Part shown: positions 11,967-25,129 of the stretch, piece after piece
How the letters are laid out: every line of letters starts with the position of its first letter
How positions within the stretch are numbered: the stretch's first letter is position 1
From: Callorhinchus milii
Taxonomy: Eukaryota
Reading direction: 5' to 3'
Assembly: GCF_018977255.1 (NCBI RefSeq)
Contig: NW_024704742.1
Location: forward strand, 125,242,001-125,306,000
Length of the DNA stretch: 64,000 nt
The notes under the pieces: generated by a model
Seen by the model: only the letters and a program-made list of their open reading frames with translations
The model's database searches: none
Told to the model about the DNA's origin: nothing
Translations under genes and position numbers: made by a program

Positions 11967-14900
11967 TAATAATAGTAGGTGTGCAGGTACGAGATAATCA
12001 TTGCTTCTAGTTAAGTGTGGTTTGATTGAATATTTCAGACAATGCTGCTCTAATAAGTTGTGATTGTTTACTGCAGAGCCTGCAAAGGCTGAGAAAAATA
12101 GATCTTAAATACCAATATAACACATATAAAGGCAGGTCTGTCAACGGTCTGTCAAAGTAATTTCAGTACCACTGGGAGTGGGATGTGGAAGAGGGGGGAT
12201 TCATATTTCTTCTTGCCATATACCCTTGTGACCAGAATCTATGATTATACATGGTAATGTGACACATTAGGTAGCTACAATAGATCCATCTTAACAGTAA
12301 GGATACTTAACTGAGTCATGGAGTCAGTCAGAGCATAGGGGGGCAGTATACAGTACATCATTTTCTGGTCTTAACATAGATGTAGTACAAAATCTTTGCA
12401 GCAGAATAAAGGATTGAATGAGTATCTTTATGGCATTGTAATAGTCCTTTTTACATAGCTGAAATATGTAACAATACCTGAAAAATTGTGACTTTGTACT
12501 ATTGCTAGTACAATAGTACTGTTAAAATTATTGACAGACAACGGATTTTTAGCACAATGACTGTACCCAGATACTCTTGATGGCTGTTCTTTATGGTGAC
12601 ATCAGTGAAACTGGAAGGAAGAACACATTTTTTTACAGCTAAATGTCCTGAGCTCCAACCTTTACATCACAAACATGATAATTTAGTGACAACCATAACT
12701 ATATAATAGATAGCTGGGCATGATCACAAAGCAGCTGTTTTAAACTGTATGAGTGAAGCCTGAGCAGTTTAGAACTATTCTGTAAACCTAGAAATTAGAT
12801 TACAGCTTTGAAGTTGTTCCCTGTCATCTTTTAATTTTATAATATATATTGTTTTAGTTTGTGTTGGTTCAGGAAGGGGAGGAGAAAGGCATTTGTTTGG
12901 TTCTGTCAGTGGTAAATGTAAAGTCCATCTCATTGTGTGTTTATTAGGGGAAAAAATCTACAGCTATTTTCTGGGTGATTTTGTGTTTCTTGCACTATAT
13001 TTTAGGAAGAAAAATGGGATGTTTCATAATGTTGCATTTTTTCATCCCTATAAATATTTTTTAAAAGATTCTTTGAAGGTATGAACAATGTAAGCCAAGT
13101 AACTACAATTATTAAGCAATGAGGTTAAATATGTTCATGGGTGATATATGATGTAAATGTAGTTTTCTTGCACTGCATATCTAGTAACATTTAACTGTAT
13201 GACTGGACAAACATGGCTCTGAAGTAGCTTAAAAGATGCATTCCCCCAGTTGTCGATTTGTTATTGTAAGAGGCATATCAAATAACAAGCTTCAAACTGA
13301 AAGAAAATTGGAGATATTTGAGGATGCTGAGATTGTTAAACAAATGTGATAACATTCTACTCCAGCCTCAGTAAATTGTGTCGGGCCTGGGTGTGTGTAA
13401 GAAAGTTTAACTTAACATTGGCTCAAAGATAAGAAAATTGATTGAAGGCATGAAATGTTTGTCCTGAAGGGCGTTCTTGACTCAACACATAAACATTTTG
13501 TCTCCTCAATCAAGTCACTCGTGCAGGTACAGATTTCCTGCAGAACTTATATCTGACTAGACACAACCTTCTATGAACTCTGGCCTGAATACGAAGGATT
13601 AGTATTAGGGCTTTATTATTACTGTTATTAAAACCATTGACTATTTTAGTTTAATAGTCTAAAATAATCCTTGCATTTGATATAACACTTTATCAAATCT
13701 AAATGTTTCAAAGTGTTTTCACATAGTTTTCTGTGAAGTGCAGTGACTCTGCATTTGCAGAAGAATGTGGAAAACAATAAGAATGTGGAAAACAATTTGC
13801 ACATAGGAATGTCCCACAAACAGCCATGAAGTGATTTTTTTTTAAATCTGAGTGATTGTTGGTCTGGATCCCAAGAAAAATTCTTTCTGCCTGAACAAGA
13901 GGATGGGACCTCAGTTTAACATTTCCATGGCACCTTGAATAATGCAGTGCTCCCCTGCACTGTATTGGAGTGTTAACGTAGACTACGACTTCAAAGTCCT
14001 GACTTGTGAAGACATTGGGATACTACACAGACCCTTACATAGAGCCAGGTCTCAAGCTACAGGTATCCAAGCAGAGTCATCAAAAACACATGCTTTTCCA
14101 TCTCATCAGAGCCTTGAAGTACACTTTTATGAGAATTTTTGACTAACAGTGTGGACCTATATAAAGCACTTCTTTATAGTACAGATTGAGCTGTGTAGAC
14201 CTCATGGGAACAGCCAGCCCACTTTCTTCCTAAGTACCGACAGTTCTCGTGCTAAAATAGCTGACTTTGGTGGTCATTAGTTTGCCACTGATATCACTTC
14301 CTGCACACTGCACACACACAGTTCACAGAGTCAGCAGAGATCTGGTTACCCAGAAGTCTGCCATTTTAGCTCTCTGTGATTAAAAGAAGGGCTTATAATA
14401 AATAATAATAATCCTTGCATTTGATTTCGTGCCTCATCACACCTTCTAGACGTCGCAAAGCACTTCACAGAATATACTGTAAAGTGAATTAACTGTATAT
14501 TTTGTGGGCTAAATGTGGCAGCCAATTGTGCACAACAGTGTCCCACAAACAGTCGTGGATTGAGTAACCAAATTATTATTGTATTGCATCAGGGTCATCA
14601 GCTCATTGTTAATAGCACTTTCTGCTTTGCGCAAACACAGGACAAAGGAAGTGATGCCGGCAGTGACCTGATGCCTGGAAGTTGGTGTAGAGTGGCAGAG
14701 TTCAAATTATCTGGTTGCAGGCATATGCATTGAAGACAGCATCAAGTCTCATTAGAGAGTGGTTTGGGGTTTTGTGGATCTCAACCACCATGCTAATAAT
14801 GGAGCTCTGCTGAAAATCCATAAGTTTTAGATGATATTCCAGATCCATAGTCTACCAAATCCCTAAGCAATACTAGCTCTGCTTTTCAAACTAAAACCAA

Positions 14901-14980
14901 AGCACTACCCTTGCTGTTTAAATAGAGGAAAAGGGTTCATAGTTCTGGCTAAAGCTTTGGAATATACTGTACCTTAGGAA

Positions 14981-15801
14981 CAAAAGCAGAATTCACTGGG
15001 AACACTCAGCAGGTCAGGTAGCATTTATGGAGAAAGGAAAATGAGTCAACGTTTCGGGTCCACGACCCTTCATCAGAACTGGGGCATGTTGCGAGGGACG
15101 GGCTTTTAAGGGCTAACAGAAAGGGGGAGGGAGGAGGCAGGGCAAGGAAGACAAAGGAGAAAATGGGGTAGAGGGCAGGGGATGATGGTTTAAAGAGGTG
15201 GGGAGGGGGAAGGTGAGCTTTTATGGTCTGAAATTATTGAAATCAATAATGAGGCCAGAGGGCTGTAAGGTCTCCAGCAGATAAATGAGATGTTGTTCCT
15301 CGAGCTTGCGCTGTAGCTCATTAAGAGCAGTGTAGGAGACCGTAGGTGGAGAGGTCAGAGTGCAAGCGGAAGGGAGAGTTGAAGTGGCAAGAGACCAGAA
15401 GCTCAAGGTTGTGCTTACGGACAGAACGGAGGTATTCGGCAATCGGTCACCCAATCTGCGTTTCGTCTCCCCAATGTAGAGGGGACCACATCAGGAGCAG
15501 CGAATGCAGCAAACTACATTGGTGGTAGTACATGTAAACCGCTGTCTCACTTGGTATCTGTGTTTGGGCCCTGGACAGTGGTACGGGAGGAGGTGAAAGG
15601 GCAGGTATTGCATCTCCTGCGCTGACATGGGAAGGTGCTGGGGGAGGGGGTTAGAAGAACTGTTGGTGGTGATGGAGGAATGAACCAGGGAGACACGGAA
15701 TGCTGAGAGGGGAGGGGAGGGAAAGACATGCTCAGTGGTTGGATCACCCTGGAGATGCCGGAAATAAACGGAGCTGGAGGTGCCCGCTGAGCACTCTGAT
15801 C
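14981..15801 (-). mobile_element. Penelope-like retroelement, 5'-truncated 3' portion (GIY-YIG endonuclease + 3' UTR), 14-bp TSD
   Basis: Minus strand encodes TFPCQRRRCNTCPF...FTCTTTNVVCCIRCS*CGPLYIGETKRRLGDR...RKLEEQHLIYLLETLQPSGLIIDFNNF, matching the Penelope Cys-linker/GIY-YIG C-terminus, with a stop and frameshifts. Direct repeat CTGTACCTTAGGAA at 14967-14980 and 15802-15815. Confidence 0.9.
15044..15080 (-). ncRNA. Minimal type I hammerhead ribozyme motif in the Penelope 3' UTR
   Basis: Minus strand reads AGUU-CUGAUGA-A-GGGUC-GUG-GACCC-GAAAC-GUU-GACU: CUGANGA and GAAA cores, 5-bp stem II, palindromic AACGUU in place of stem III, and AGUU/GACU stem I. Confidence 0.75.
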
Positions 15802-16070
15802 CTGTACCTTAGGAATCTAGCTAAATAACCTAGATAATTTAATCCTTTACCTCACAGATTTCACACTTATGGACAAACAGTTATTGTTGATCAAAGCTGC
15901 CAATGATTTCCCAGGGTTAATGCATTGGCATTGAGAGGTAAATCTTAGAAATATATGTTTAACGGGTCATGGAGCTAGATGAACGCCACAGCTACTGTAA
16001 TGGAAATGTGAAGAGGCAGTAATAAAAGGTATAGACACAGATTTAGGCTGGGATATCATGGAGTGACAGA

Positions 16071-16242
16071 ATCTAGTTCACAATATTTCTTAATGGGATT
16101 CCTTATTAACGGATCAAAATCATGCCAATGGGGACTTTGCTCGTAACGCAATTTGCTTTGGGAGAGGACTTCCCCTGGTAGCTGGGATTTCTAATGCAGT
16201 TCCTTATTAAGGAACAACTTTAAGAAACATTGTAAATTAGAT
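16071..16242. repeat. Palindromic MITE-like remnant with about 40-bp inverted arms
   Basis: Left ATCTAGTTCACAATATTTCTTAATGGGATTCCTTATTAA versus reverse-complemented right ATCTAATTTACAATGTTTCTTAAAGTTGTTCCTTAATAA. Confidence 0.7.
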
Positions 16243-18040
16243 GCCAATGTCTAGCAAGTACTTAGGATACTAACAGTGATTGCAGGTAAAAAATGTGACT
16301 GTTAATATAAGAGTCATCACGTGATCAAACTTTTCGCTCTGAGCAATATCCCAGTGAATAACTAGTGATCACGAGAATGGTTGGAAACGAAGCCTCCAGC
16401 CATGGTTATTGTTGTTGCCATATGCAAAGTTTAGGATTTAAGTGCTATATTCCAGGATACTTACTTAACTCAATCAAGAGTGTCCACTAACAGATGGAAG
16501 GGCAGTAAACAAATATTAGGCATTCAACACATATTCCCAGTACATTTCTTTGACCATTTTTTCGGTCAGTTTTCCCCTCTCCAATGCCTTAGGCTCCCAC
16601 TTTAAGCCCAGCCAGCAGTGTCAAGCGCTTTGAAACGTCTTCGCAATGTGAAAGATGTTATATTAATATAAATAGTTTTGAACTGTATTTCCAACCTGTT
16701 AGTTTAGTTGCTTTCAGTGATTTTTCCAGATCTCCATACTAATGTCCATATCCTGTCATTGTAATCTAGCTTTTTAAAATACCTTGTCCAAGGTTTGAGA
16801 CAAGCCCTCTTACTTTAGAGCCTTCACTGAGTAAAACTGAGTAGCACAAAATATATACCACCACCAGCAGAACAGTATTAATCACTTTGGGAATGATTGA
16901 GTTGTCAGGTGTCATTTTTCTGCAGGAACAGGACATGGGGCCAAGAAGAGGAAACTGCTTCAGAGATTGACTTGGGAGCCCAAGCTTCACAATGTACATG
17001 CTGCCGAGTTCAGTACATGCAAAATACTAAATTTGCTGACAGAGGACCCATCCACCCCACTCCCCAGCCCTCATGTTAAAGTTAATTTGATCGATGAATT
17101 GCAGTATTGGTAGTAATGTACAGAGCAGCACATTCATAGGCACATCTAGGTATACTCAACACTAATAACAATCACCCAACAAGGAGAAGCACAAAATATA
17201 TTCATGGCCTGAAACAGTATCTGTCTATTACCCTTCAAAAAATCTAAATGAACACACTCAAAACTCAGACTGTAGAGGGCCTTATAAAAGGAGAGCTAAA
17301 GTAACTTATCGGGCAAGCTACGGGAACACAGATTGTTACTTGCCATTGACAAATGAAGAGTGATCAAATGACCAAAGTATTGTCCTGTTTCACTGAAACT
17401 GAGGAGCAGTGCAAATGAATCTCTATTTGAAAAAGATTCTTGTCTCTGTACTGTGTTGTAATACATGGTATCAAAGGCCATGTCTCACCTGGCCTTAATT
17501 TTCTCCTCATTCTAGACAGAAAGTTGTTATGATGCAGAATTCAAGGAAACTGCTTATTCAATAGTGTAATGCATTAGACAGCTTGTAAATTTATCTGGCT
17601 TTACTCAGACTCTGAAAAGTTGAGTAAAGGTGGTCCTTTCTCACTTTAAATCACACTGACTGACTGTTTGAGACAAGACAGAAACAACAGAAATTGACGG
17701 AGTTCTTCTGATAACTGAATGGATAACTACTGGTGCAGCATCAAGCCATGTGAAGCAGAAGGTCACAGATTCTGTTCCCACTCTGTGCTGATTTAATCCC
17801 ATGCAGTGATAGGGGAATTTACAATTAGCCTTAATGCTCATGGGCTGGGAAGGAGGAAATGCAGTCAGTATTCCCGGTAGAGTGAAACTTTGGGCAAGTT
17901 TCCTTACTCCACATGATTGATAATAATCCCTCAAGAAAAAAATAATAAAAAATTGGTCACTCAATCCACGACTGTTTGTGAAACACTGCTGTGCCCAATT
18001 GGCTGTGCATTTCGCCCACAAATATACAGTCAATTCACTT

Positions 18041-18310
18041 AATAATAATAATAATAATAATAATCCTTGCATTTGATATAGCGCTTTTCACGTCGGGAGG
18101 ACGTCCCAAAGCGCTTCACAGAATACACTGTAAAGTGAATTGACTGTATATTTGTGGGCGAACGCGGCAGCCAATTGCGCACAGCAATGTCCCACAAACA
18201 GTCGTAGATTGAAAATGACCAATTTATTATTGTTTTTGGTTTTGGAGGGATTATTATTAGGCTCTGTGTGGAGTAAGGAAACTTGCCCAAGGTTTCGCCC
18301 TCTGCCTAGA
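18041..18310 (-). mobile_element. Young SINE (5'-truncated) nested antisense in a related SINE (17870-18040 + 18311-18397)
   Basis: Host flanks rejoin as CAATTCACTT|TACAGTC; CTT is duplicated. Confidence 0.93.
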
Positions 18311-18412
18311 CTTTACAGTCTATTCTGTGAAACGCTTTGAGACGTTTAGAAGACGTGAAAAGCGCTATATCAAATGCAAGGATTATTATTATTATTACTG
18401 ACTGCTATCCTT

Positions 18413-18797
18413 TGGAGTCCTGTAGCTCATTGGTTAGAGCACTCGCCTTGCAAGGCAAGAGATCTGGGTTCTATTCCCGGCAGGGTGAAATGTTGGGCAA
18501 GTTTCCTTACTCAACACACCTCTGTTTACTGAGCATTAAGTAGGAACCCGCTTGTTAGTCAATTGGCAGATCGCTTTTCCAAGGATAATAATCCCTAAAA
18601 AAATAACAATTTTGTCACTTAATCCACAAATGTTTGTGGGACACTACTGTGTGCAGTTGGCTATTTGCCCACAAATATACAGTCAATTCACTTTACAATA
18701 TATTCTGTGAATTGCTTTGAGACGTCTAGAAGATGTGAAAAGTGCTATATCAAATGTAAGGATTATTATTATAATAATAATTGTTATTATTATTATT
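18413..18797 (+). mobile_element. tRNA-Ala SINE, long form
   Basis: Same central segment as the 6995 copy. Confidence 0.9.
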
Positions 18798-20836
18798 CTG
18801 TGGCCAACAATAAAAAGTGAAGTATGGGGGTGAAAATAGAATTTAGGTTAGTTCCGATACACTGCGAAGTCATACAGTCTGCTAACACTCACTGTTAGCT
18901 CGCAAATGAAGAATAACCACTTGGATGGCCTGCACTGGGTTCAAATATAACCCAGCAAGAATCAGGAATTTTGGGAGATGAAGAAAGGAGTAAAGATCCA
19001 CACATCCCAGAAATTCAGCAAATCCACATTGTGTGAGAAATTCACCCAAGATTGCAGCATATATAACCTGGGCAAAAGGTACTCAGCTAGAAGACAACTG
19101 GCAACCAAAATAATTGTTTAGCAAGAATAACACATTGGTTCCAAAATGAAATTAATTTGATATTTCTGTACACCTGTTCTCTCATAGATACTCACTTGCA
19201 GATGTTTAAAATTCACTATTACAACAACAAATTGCATTTATACAGTAATCTTCAAATGAAGTAGCATCTCTGAAAGAGTAATGATAATAATAATCCTTGC
19301 ATTTGGCATAGCGCCTTTCACATTAAGAGGACATTCCAAAGTACTTCATAGTATATATTGTAAAGTGGAGTGACTGTGTGTTTTGTGGACCTCACGTTTT
19401 TATTTCCCAAATTAAAGGATGCAATTTATACTCCAATGTGACTTAACTAGAATTTAATAATAATCCCTACCTTTGATATAGCTCCTTTTGTAGGCAAACA
19501 TGGCAGCCGGTGTGCATATATTAATATGCCACAAACAGCCTGGAAGTGAATTTTAATAAAAAGGCTAAAATAATTTTTTGAGTTTTTTTTCTAATGCTGC
19601 TATTTTTAATTGATATGCAATCAAATTGCCTATCAGTATTTTCTGTTCTTTTCCCACGTCTAGCTCTGGAGCCTATACTGAAAAAGACTGCAACTATTAA
19701 CAGTCCCATTATAGTTGATTTGCATAAACATTGCTGAACATATGAAGGGGGCTCATATGCCAGTTGCCTTATGGCTGGGGCACTTGCAGCATGTATTCGT
19801 GTTTGGCTCAACTTATTTCTCTTCACTTGCAATTTGTCTCCAGTCACAAAATCCTGCTTCACAAGATTTAATGTAGTGTGTTGGGATTGTGTATTTGTAT
19901 GGAAACGCTACAGCCAATTTGCCCACAACTGTATCCCAAAAAGAATGATCAATAGCCTGTTTCTATAATGTATACATTGTACAATTTTTTTCAGGGGAAG
20001 AGTTTTGATATTAGAGTTTGGCAGACTACGGAGACCTGGTTGTTTCTTTGTGGTCAAATGTGGCTACATTTATCGAGCTGAAGTCATTATACAAACTCTC
20101 GTCCTTCTGAAACATCCCATGTCACTCCAATCCTGTATTCCTTATTATAGTTCCTAATCTTTCTTCTGTTCCTTCTTATCCAGGCAAGATTGGTACCAAC
20201 TCATAGAAATATTTCCCTATCATTGTGACACTGTCCTCTGCTCTCACATTTGGAGTTCGTCCATTTCCCACTGACAGTCTCTACCAGGAAAACCAGACGT
20301 ACAACTATCTATCCATGTTCACTAATTACACTGAAAAATGCTACAAGCTGCACTATTTTAATGGGCCACGCGGTAGTGAATAGGTTTTGCGTAGTTTTTT
20401 TTAAAAGAAAGGAAGGAATGCACAAATGATCATTTTGGATCATTTTATGATGTAACATCTTTATTGAAAACCAAAACAATAACTTGTATTTATATAGTGC
20501 CCTTCATGTAGGATAGCGTCTCAGAGCATTTAACATTGATAGGGTTGGACGCTGAGCAAGGGAGAAGAGGGAGGGAGAGGTGACGCTAGGGATAGTCGAA
20601 CAGGTAGTTTTTAATGTGGCATTTAAAGACAAAGAGACAGGATAGAGGGATAGAGACAGGGAGTTCTAGAAGTTAGGAACAAATGTCTGCAGGCTCAGCC
20701 ACATTGGTGTTAGCAAGAGGGCAGAGGGTGCGCGGCAGGCCTGTATTAGCTGAGCAAAGAGGGCTGGCAGAGGAGTTAAGTACGAGCCGATCAGAGAGAT
20801 CGGTCTCAAATCCTTATACATTTTCCTAAAATATTC

Positions 20837-21280
20837 AACAACAACAATATTTCATTTATAGAGCGCCTTTCACATCGGGAGGATGTCCCAAGGCGCAGGA
20901 CAATTGGGTCGGGACTCGAGCAGGGGGGAAATGGTCAGGGTGAGGGGAGGGAAGGGAGGGAGCGAGGAGGGGGTAGAGGGTCGAGAGGGAAGCTGAAGGC
21001 ACGGTCAAAGAGAAAGGTCTTGAGACCGGCCTTGAAGGAGGAAAGGGAGGAAGCAAGGCGAAGGCACTGGGGGATGGAGTTCCAGAGCCTAGGGGCTGAG
21101 AGGCTGAAGGCCCGGCCACCGATGGTAGGGCGGTTGGGGCGGGGGATGTGGAGCAGACCGGAGCCAGAGGAACGGAGTGTACGGGCAGGTAAGTAGGGGG
21201 ATAGTAGGTCAGAGAGGTAGGAGGGAGCAAGGCCGTGAATGGCCTTGTAGGTGAGGATGAGGATCTTGACTTCCTGAACC
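20837..21280 (-). mobile_element. Young L2 LINE 3' fragment with 12-bp TSD
   Basis: ORF KILILTYKAIHGLAPSYLSDLL...GGRAFSLSAPRLWNSIP...FKAGLKTFLF; (TTG)n tail; TSD CCTAAAATATTC at 20825-20836 and 21281-21292. Confidence 0.93.
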
Positions 21281-21292
21281 CCTAAAATATTC

Positions 21293-22012
21293 TCAGGCAC
21301 TGGTAGCATCAACATCCATAGATGCACACTTCATCTCACCAAGCCAGTCAGGAATCTGGATGTCTTGTTCGACCCTCAACTGTCCTTTGTCCCTCACATC
21401 CGTGCCTTAACCCACTGCCTTCCCCCAACATTGCCCGACTTCGCCACTGCCTCACTCTTCAGGCTGCCGAAACCCTCACACATGCCTTTATTACAACCAG
21501 GCTCGACTATGCCAACGCCCTGCTTGTCGGCCTTCCCAACTCTTCCCTCCACAAGCTGCAGATCATCCAGAACTCTACAGTTCATATCTTCTCCTACACC
21601 AGGCTCCACTGGCACCGCATCAAGTTCAAAATTCTCATCCTCATCTTCAAGGTCCTCCATGGCCTTGCCCCTCCTATCTCTTCAATCTCCTAACCCCTTA
21701 TCAACCTGTCCACTCCCACCACTCCATATCTCACGCCTGACCACCATCGGCGGTCGGGTCTTCAGCCCCCTCCTCCCAACCTCTGGAACCCCATCCCACA
21801 TTCCCTTCGCCTAGCTCCCATCTCTTGCCTCCTTCAAGGCACGCCTCAAGACCCTTCTCTGCGATCGTGCCTTTAGCCACCCTCCTACCTTCTCTGCCCT
21901 CAACCCGTCCTAATCCCACCCACCCCTCCCCCCGCTCATGTCCTAATCCCTGATGTTCAGCGTCTTGGACATCCTCCAGATGAGAAAATCGCTTTACAAA
22001 TGTTATTTTGTA
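21293..22012 (+). mobile_element. L2 LINE 3' fragment
   Basis: AETLTHAFITTRLDYANALLVGLP...HKLQIIQN...FKILILIFKVLHGLAP, followed by the L2 stem-loop tail. Confidence 0.92.
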
Positions 22013-23582
22013 TTGTACTGCACTCTCCTAAAACACACCATGTGACTCCAATCCTCTGCTCCTTATTATAGTTCCAAATCTTTTTTCTGTTCCTTCTTAT
22101 CCAGTCAATTTATGAAACATTTTCCTTGTGTGTAAAAGTATTTATATGGTAGGAAAAGGACCTTGAAGTCGATCTGTCTGGATACAGGGAGCCAGTGTAG
22201 TCTGGCGAGTATTGGGGTGATGGGCAGGCATAGTTTGGAGGTGTGGGATTATGAGCGGCAATAATTTCTTAAAGCAATATACCACATCTTCCCTCTTCTA
22301 TCCTTATAGTTCTCTAATCTTGTTCCGCTTCTTTCTGGTTTGCTTCAGTTCAGTTCTCTCATTGTGTCTCTTTAGCATCCATATTCAACCTCATATTCAA
22401 ATCCATTTTAAATTTATTACACCATATAATGACTCTCAGGCCACCATACTGGTATATTAAGTAATCCCTTTTCTCAGGTCAAAACCATACAAAATTTCTA
22501 CCATAAACCAATGCCTGGTTCCTTGCCCAGCATACTTTTCTACTTCCTGCTTCTATTTCATTGGCTCTTTCTTAATTGCCATTTAACTTCTTAAAGCAAT
22601 ATACTACACCTTCCAGAAAATTGAAGCTCTCTGGAATGTTTCAAGGTGATAAATGCAAGAATTATTATAACTGTGCCTTTCGTTTATTTATTCACTGGCT
22701 TTAAGGACTGGTCACAATTTGATGTTAAATCACTTCATGCATTGAGCTTTGTGTCAGTCTCTGGAGAACAGAGAAGAATAAAAGAAAAGGAAAAATCACA
22801 CAAGGAAAAAGCAAAATCATGCAGATTTTTATGTTCGCTGAGAGTACAGTTACCATACTGGCAGATTACAAGATGCATATAATATAGTAAAATAGTGGTC
22901 AAGGGCTCATACCTTTATTTCTAGAAACATAGACTTAAAATGGAAATGTAATAAAGAGCATCATGACTTAAGTCCTTAACAGACAAGAACCATTAAACAG
23001 GGAAATAAGTCTGATGGCTTTGTACCTATTAGGCTTGAGTCAACAGTGTAATAAATGCCTTGAATTTGGTAATTCAGGGTCTGGCTGACCTTGGCTGAAA
23101 CAAAAGAGAATTAATGGGCATCTGTTGCTGGGAAGAATGTCTTGAATTTGATGCTGCAATAAAAAATATCAAGTTATACAGTCACACATATGCCATTTCT
23201 CAAAATATTGTTCATACTGTTAAGATGAACAGTATTATAGACCACAGGGACAACAAGTCAACTTCTACACTTAAAATTATTGTAAATAAAGCAAACATTC
23301 TTATTGCTTGCAGTATCCCTTGACTTTGTTTTAATTTATAGGAAGTTTTCCATTGTAATTCAGGAATAGAACTATCAAACGTAACTACTCACAGCAAAAG
23401 ACTACAAATTGAACACAGCAAAAATTCAATTTGTGATAATACACCTACAAGCTTTGGGGGAATTGCAGTAGTAAATCAAGACATGTGGAGTAAGGAAACT
23501 TGCCCAAGGTTTCGCCCTGCCGGGAATCAAACCCAGGTCTCTTGCTTTATAGCACCTCACCACATCATTGAGACGTCTTGTA

Positions 23583-24258
23583 GGAGTCCTGTAGTTCAGT
23601 GGTTAGAACATTTGCCTCGCAAGCAAGTGACCTGAGTTCGATTCCCAGCAGGGCAAAACCTTGGGTAAGTTTCGTACACCACACGCCTGATAATAATCCC
23701 TCAAGAAAATAAAAAAAACTATTTGGTTACTCAATTAATGCCTGCTTGTGGGACACTGCTGTGCACAATTGACCGCCTTGTTTCGCCCACAAAATATATG
23801 GTCAATTCACTTTACAGTATATTCTGTGAAGTGCTTTGAGACGTCTAAAAGGCATGAAAAGCCCTATATCAATGCAAGGATTATTTATTTATTATGTCTT
23901 AAAGTGCTTCGCAGGAGATATGGTAAAGTGATGTGACAGTTTGTGGATCCTGTAGGATAGTAGTTAGAGCACTCACCTCACAAGTGAGAGACCTGGGTTC
24001 AATTCCCTGGAGGGCGAAACCTTGGGCAAGTTTCCTTCCTCCACATGCCTGATAATAATTCTTCAAGAAAAAAACAATAATAATTTGGTCACTCAATTTA
24101 CGACTGTTTGTGGGACACTGCTGTGTGCAATTGGCTGCCACGTTTCACCCACAAAATATACAGTCAATTCACTTTACAGTATATTCTGTCAAGCGCTTTG
24201 AGATGTCTTGAAAGACATGATAAGATGTTGTATTAAATGCAAGGATTATTATCATTAT
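23583..24258 (+). mobile_element. Two tRNA-Ala SINE copies (23583-23893, 23943-24258) inserted in one minus-strand DeuSINE-like host (about 23549-24447)
   Basis: Host tail is contiguous once both copies are removed; GTCTT is duplicated around the first copy. Confidence 0.88.
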
Positions 24259-25129
24259 TTGTATTTTGTGGGCAAACACAGCAACCAATCTGCACAACAA
24301 TGTCCCACAAGCAGCCATGGAACGTGCAACCAGGTTTATTTGGGGGATTGTTGGTCAGGACACTGGTGGATACTCTTCTTCTCTTTTTGAATAGTGCCAT
24401 GTCATCTTTAACATCTGACAGAACAGGCAGCTGAGACCTCAGCTCAGGCGCCAAAATTGTTAAGCTCCTTGTGACATCCTCCCAACATGCAAGGCGTCAT
24501 ATAAATATGAATGTGTAATGTGTTGTATCGTATTTCCTGGCATCTTACCATTTTCCAACAATGGATGAATATCTGGGCCATTCCTCAATCTCAGTTAGAT
24601 TTCACTCTGTGTTTTTTGCATAAATTCGTACCCCAAATTAATACTGAATTTAAGCTGTTTGCCAAAATTCTGTATCGTCTTACACTTTAAAACAACATCT
24701 TATGGTTAGTAAAAAAAATAAATTTTAGACCCCCAGACCCAGATGGAGGAGGGGAGTAATGGTCATCAATTACATTTTGACTTGATCATGTCAATGCCAC
24801 CAAAAGAATAGCCTTTAGCACAACAACAACCACCACCACCTACAAAAACAACCTTGTATAGCACCCCTCACTCAGGGTAACGTCTTAGTGTGCACAACTA
24901 TGATTTTACTAGACATCACAACTATAGTCTATAGCTCAACAACAGTCTATCACACAGTGATGATTTATAACACTATGGACTCAGGCCCTTGTCAATACTT
25001 GGATAAGATGATGTCATACACTCAATTTGCTTACATTAGATCTTCCCTCTCCTCAGTGATAGAGCTTAAAACCTCAAGAGCATCACAAAAAGCTATTATA
25101 AAAATATAATTATTTTAGATGATGGTACT

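Noticed and set aside
16905..17110. Possible exon after TTTTTCTGCAG
   Set aside because: Open frames are short and unrecognisable, and there is no good donor site.
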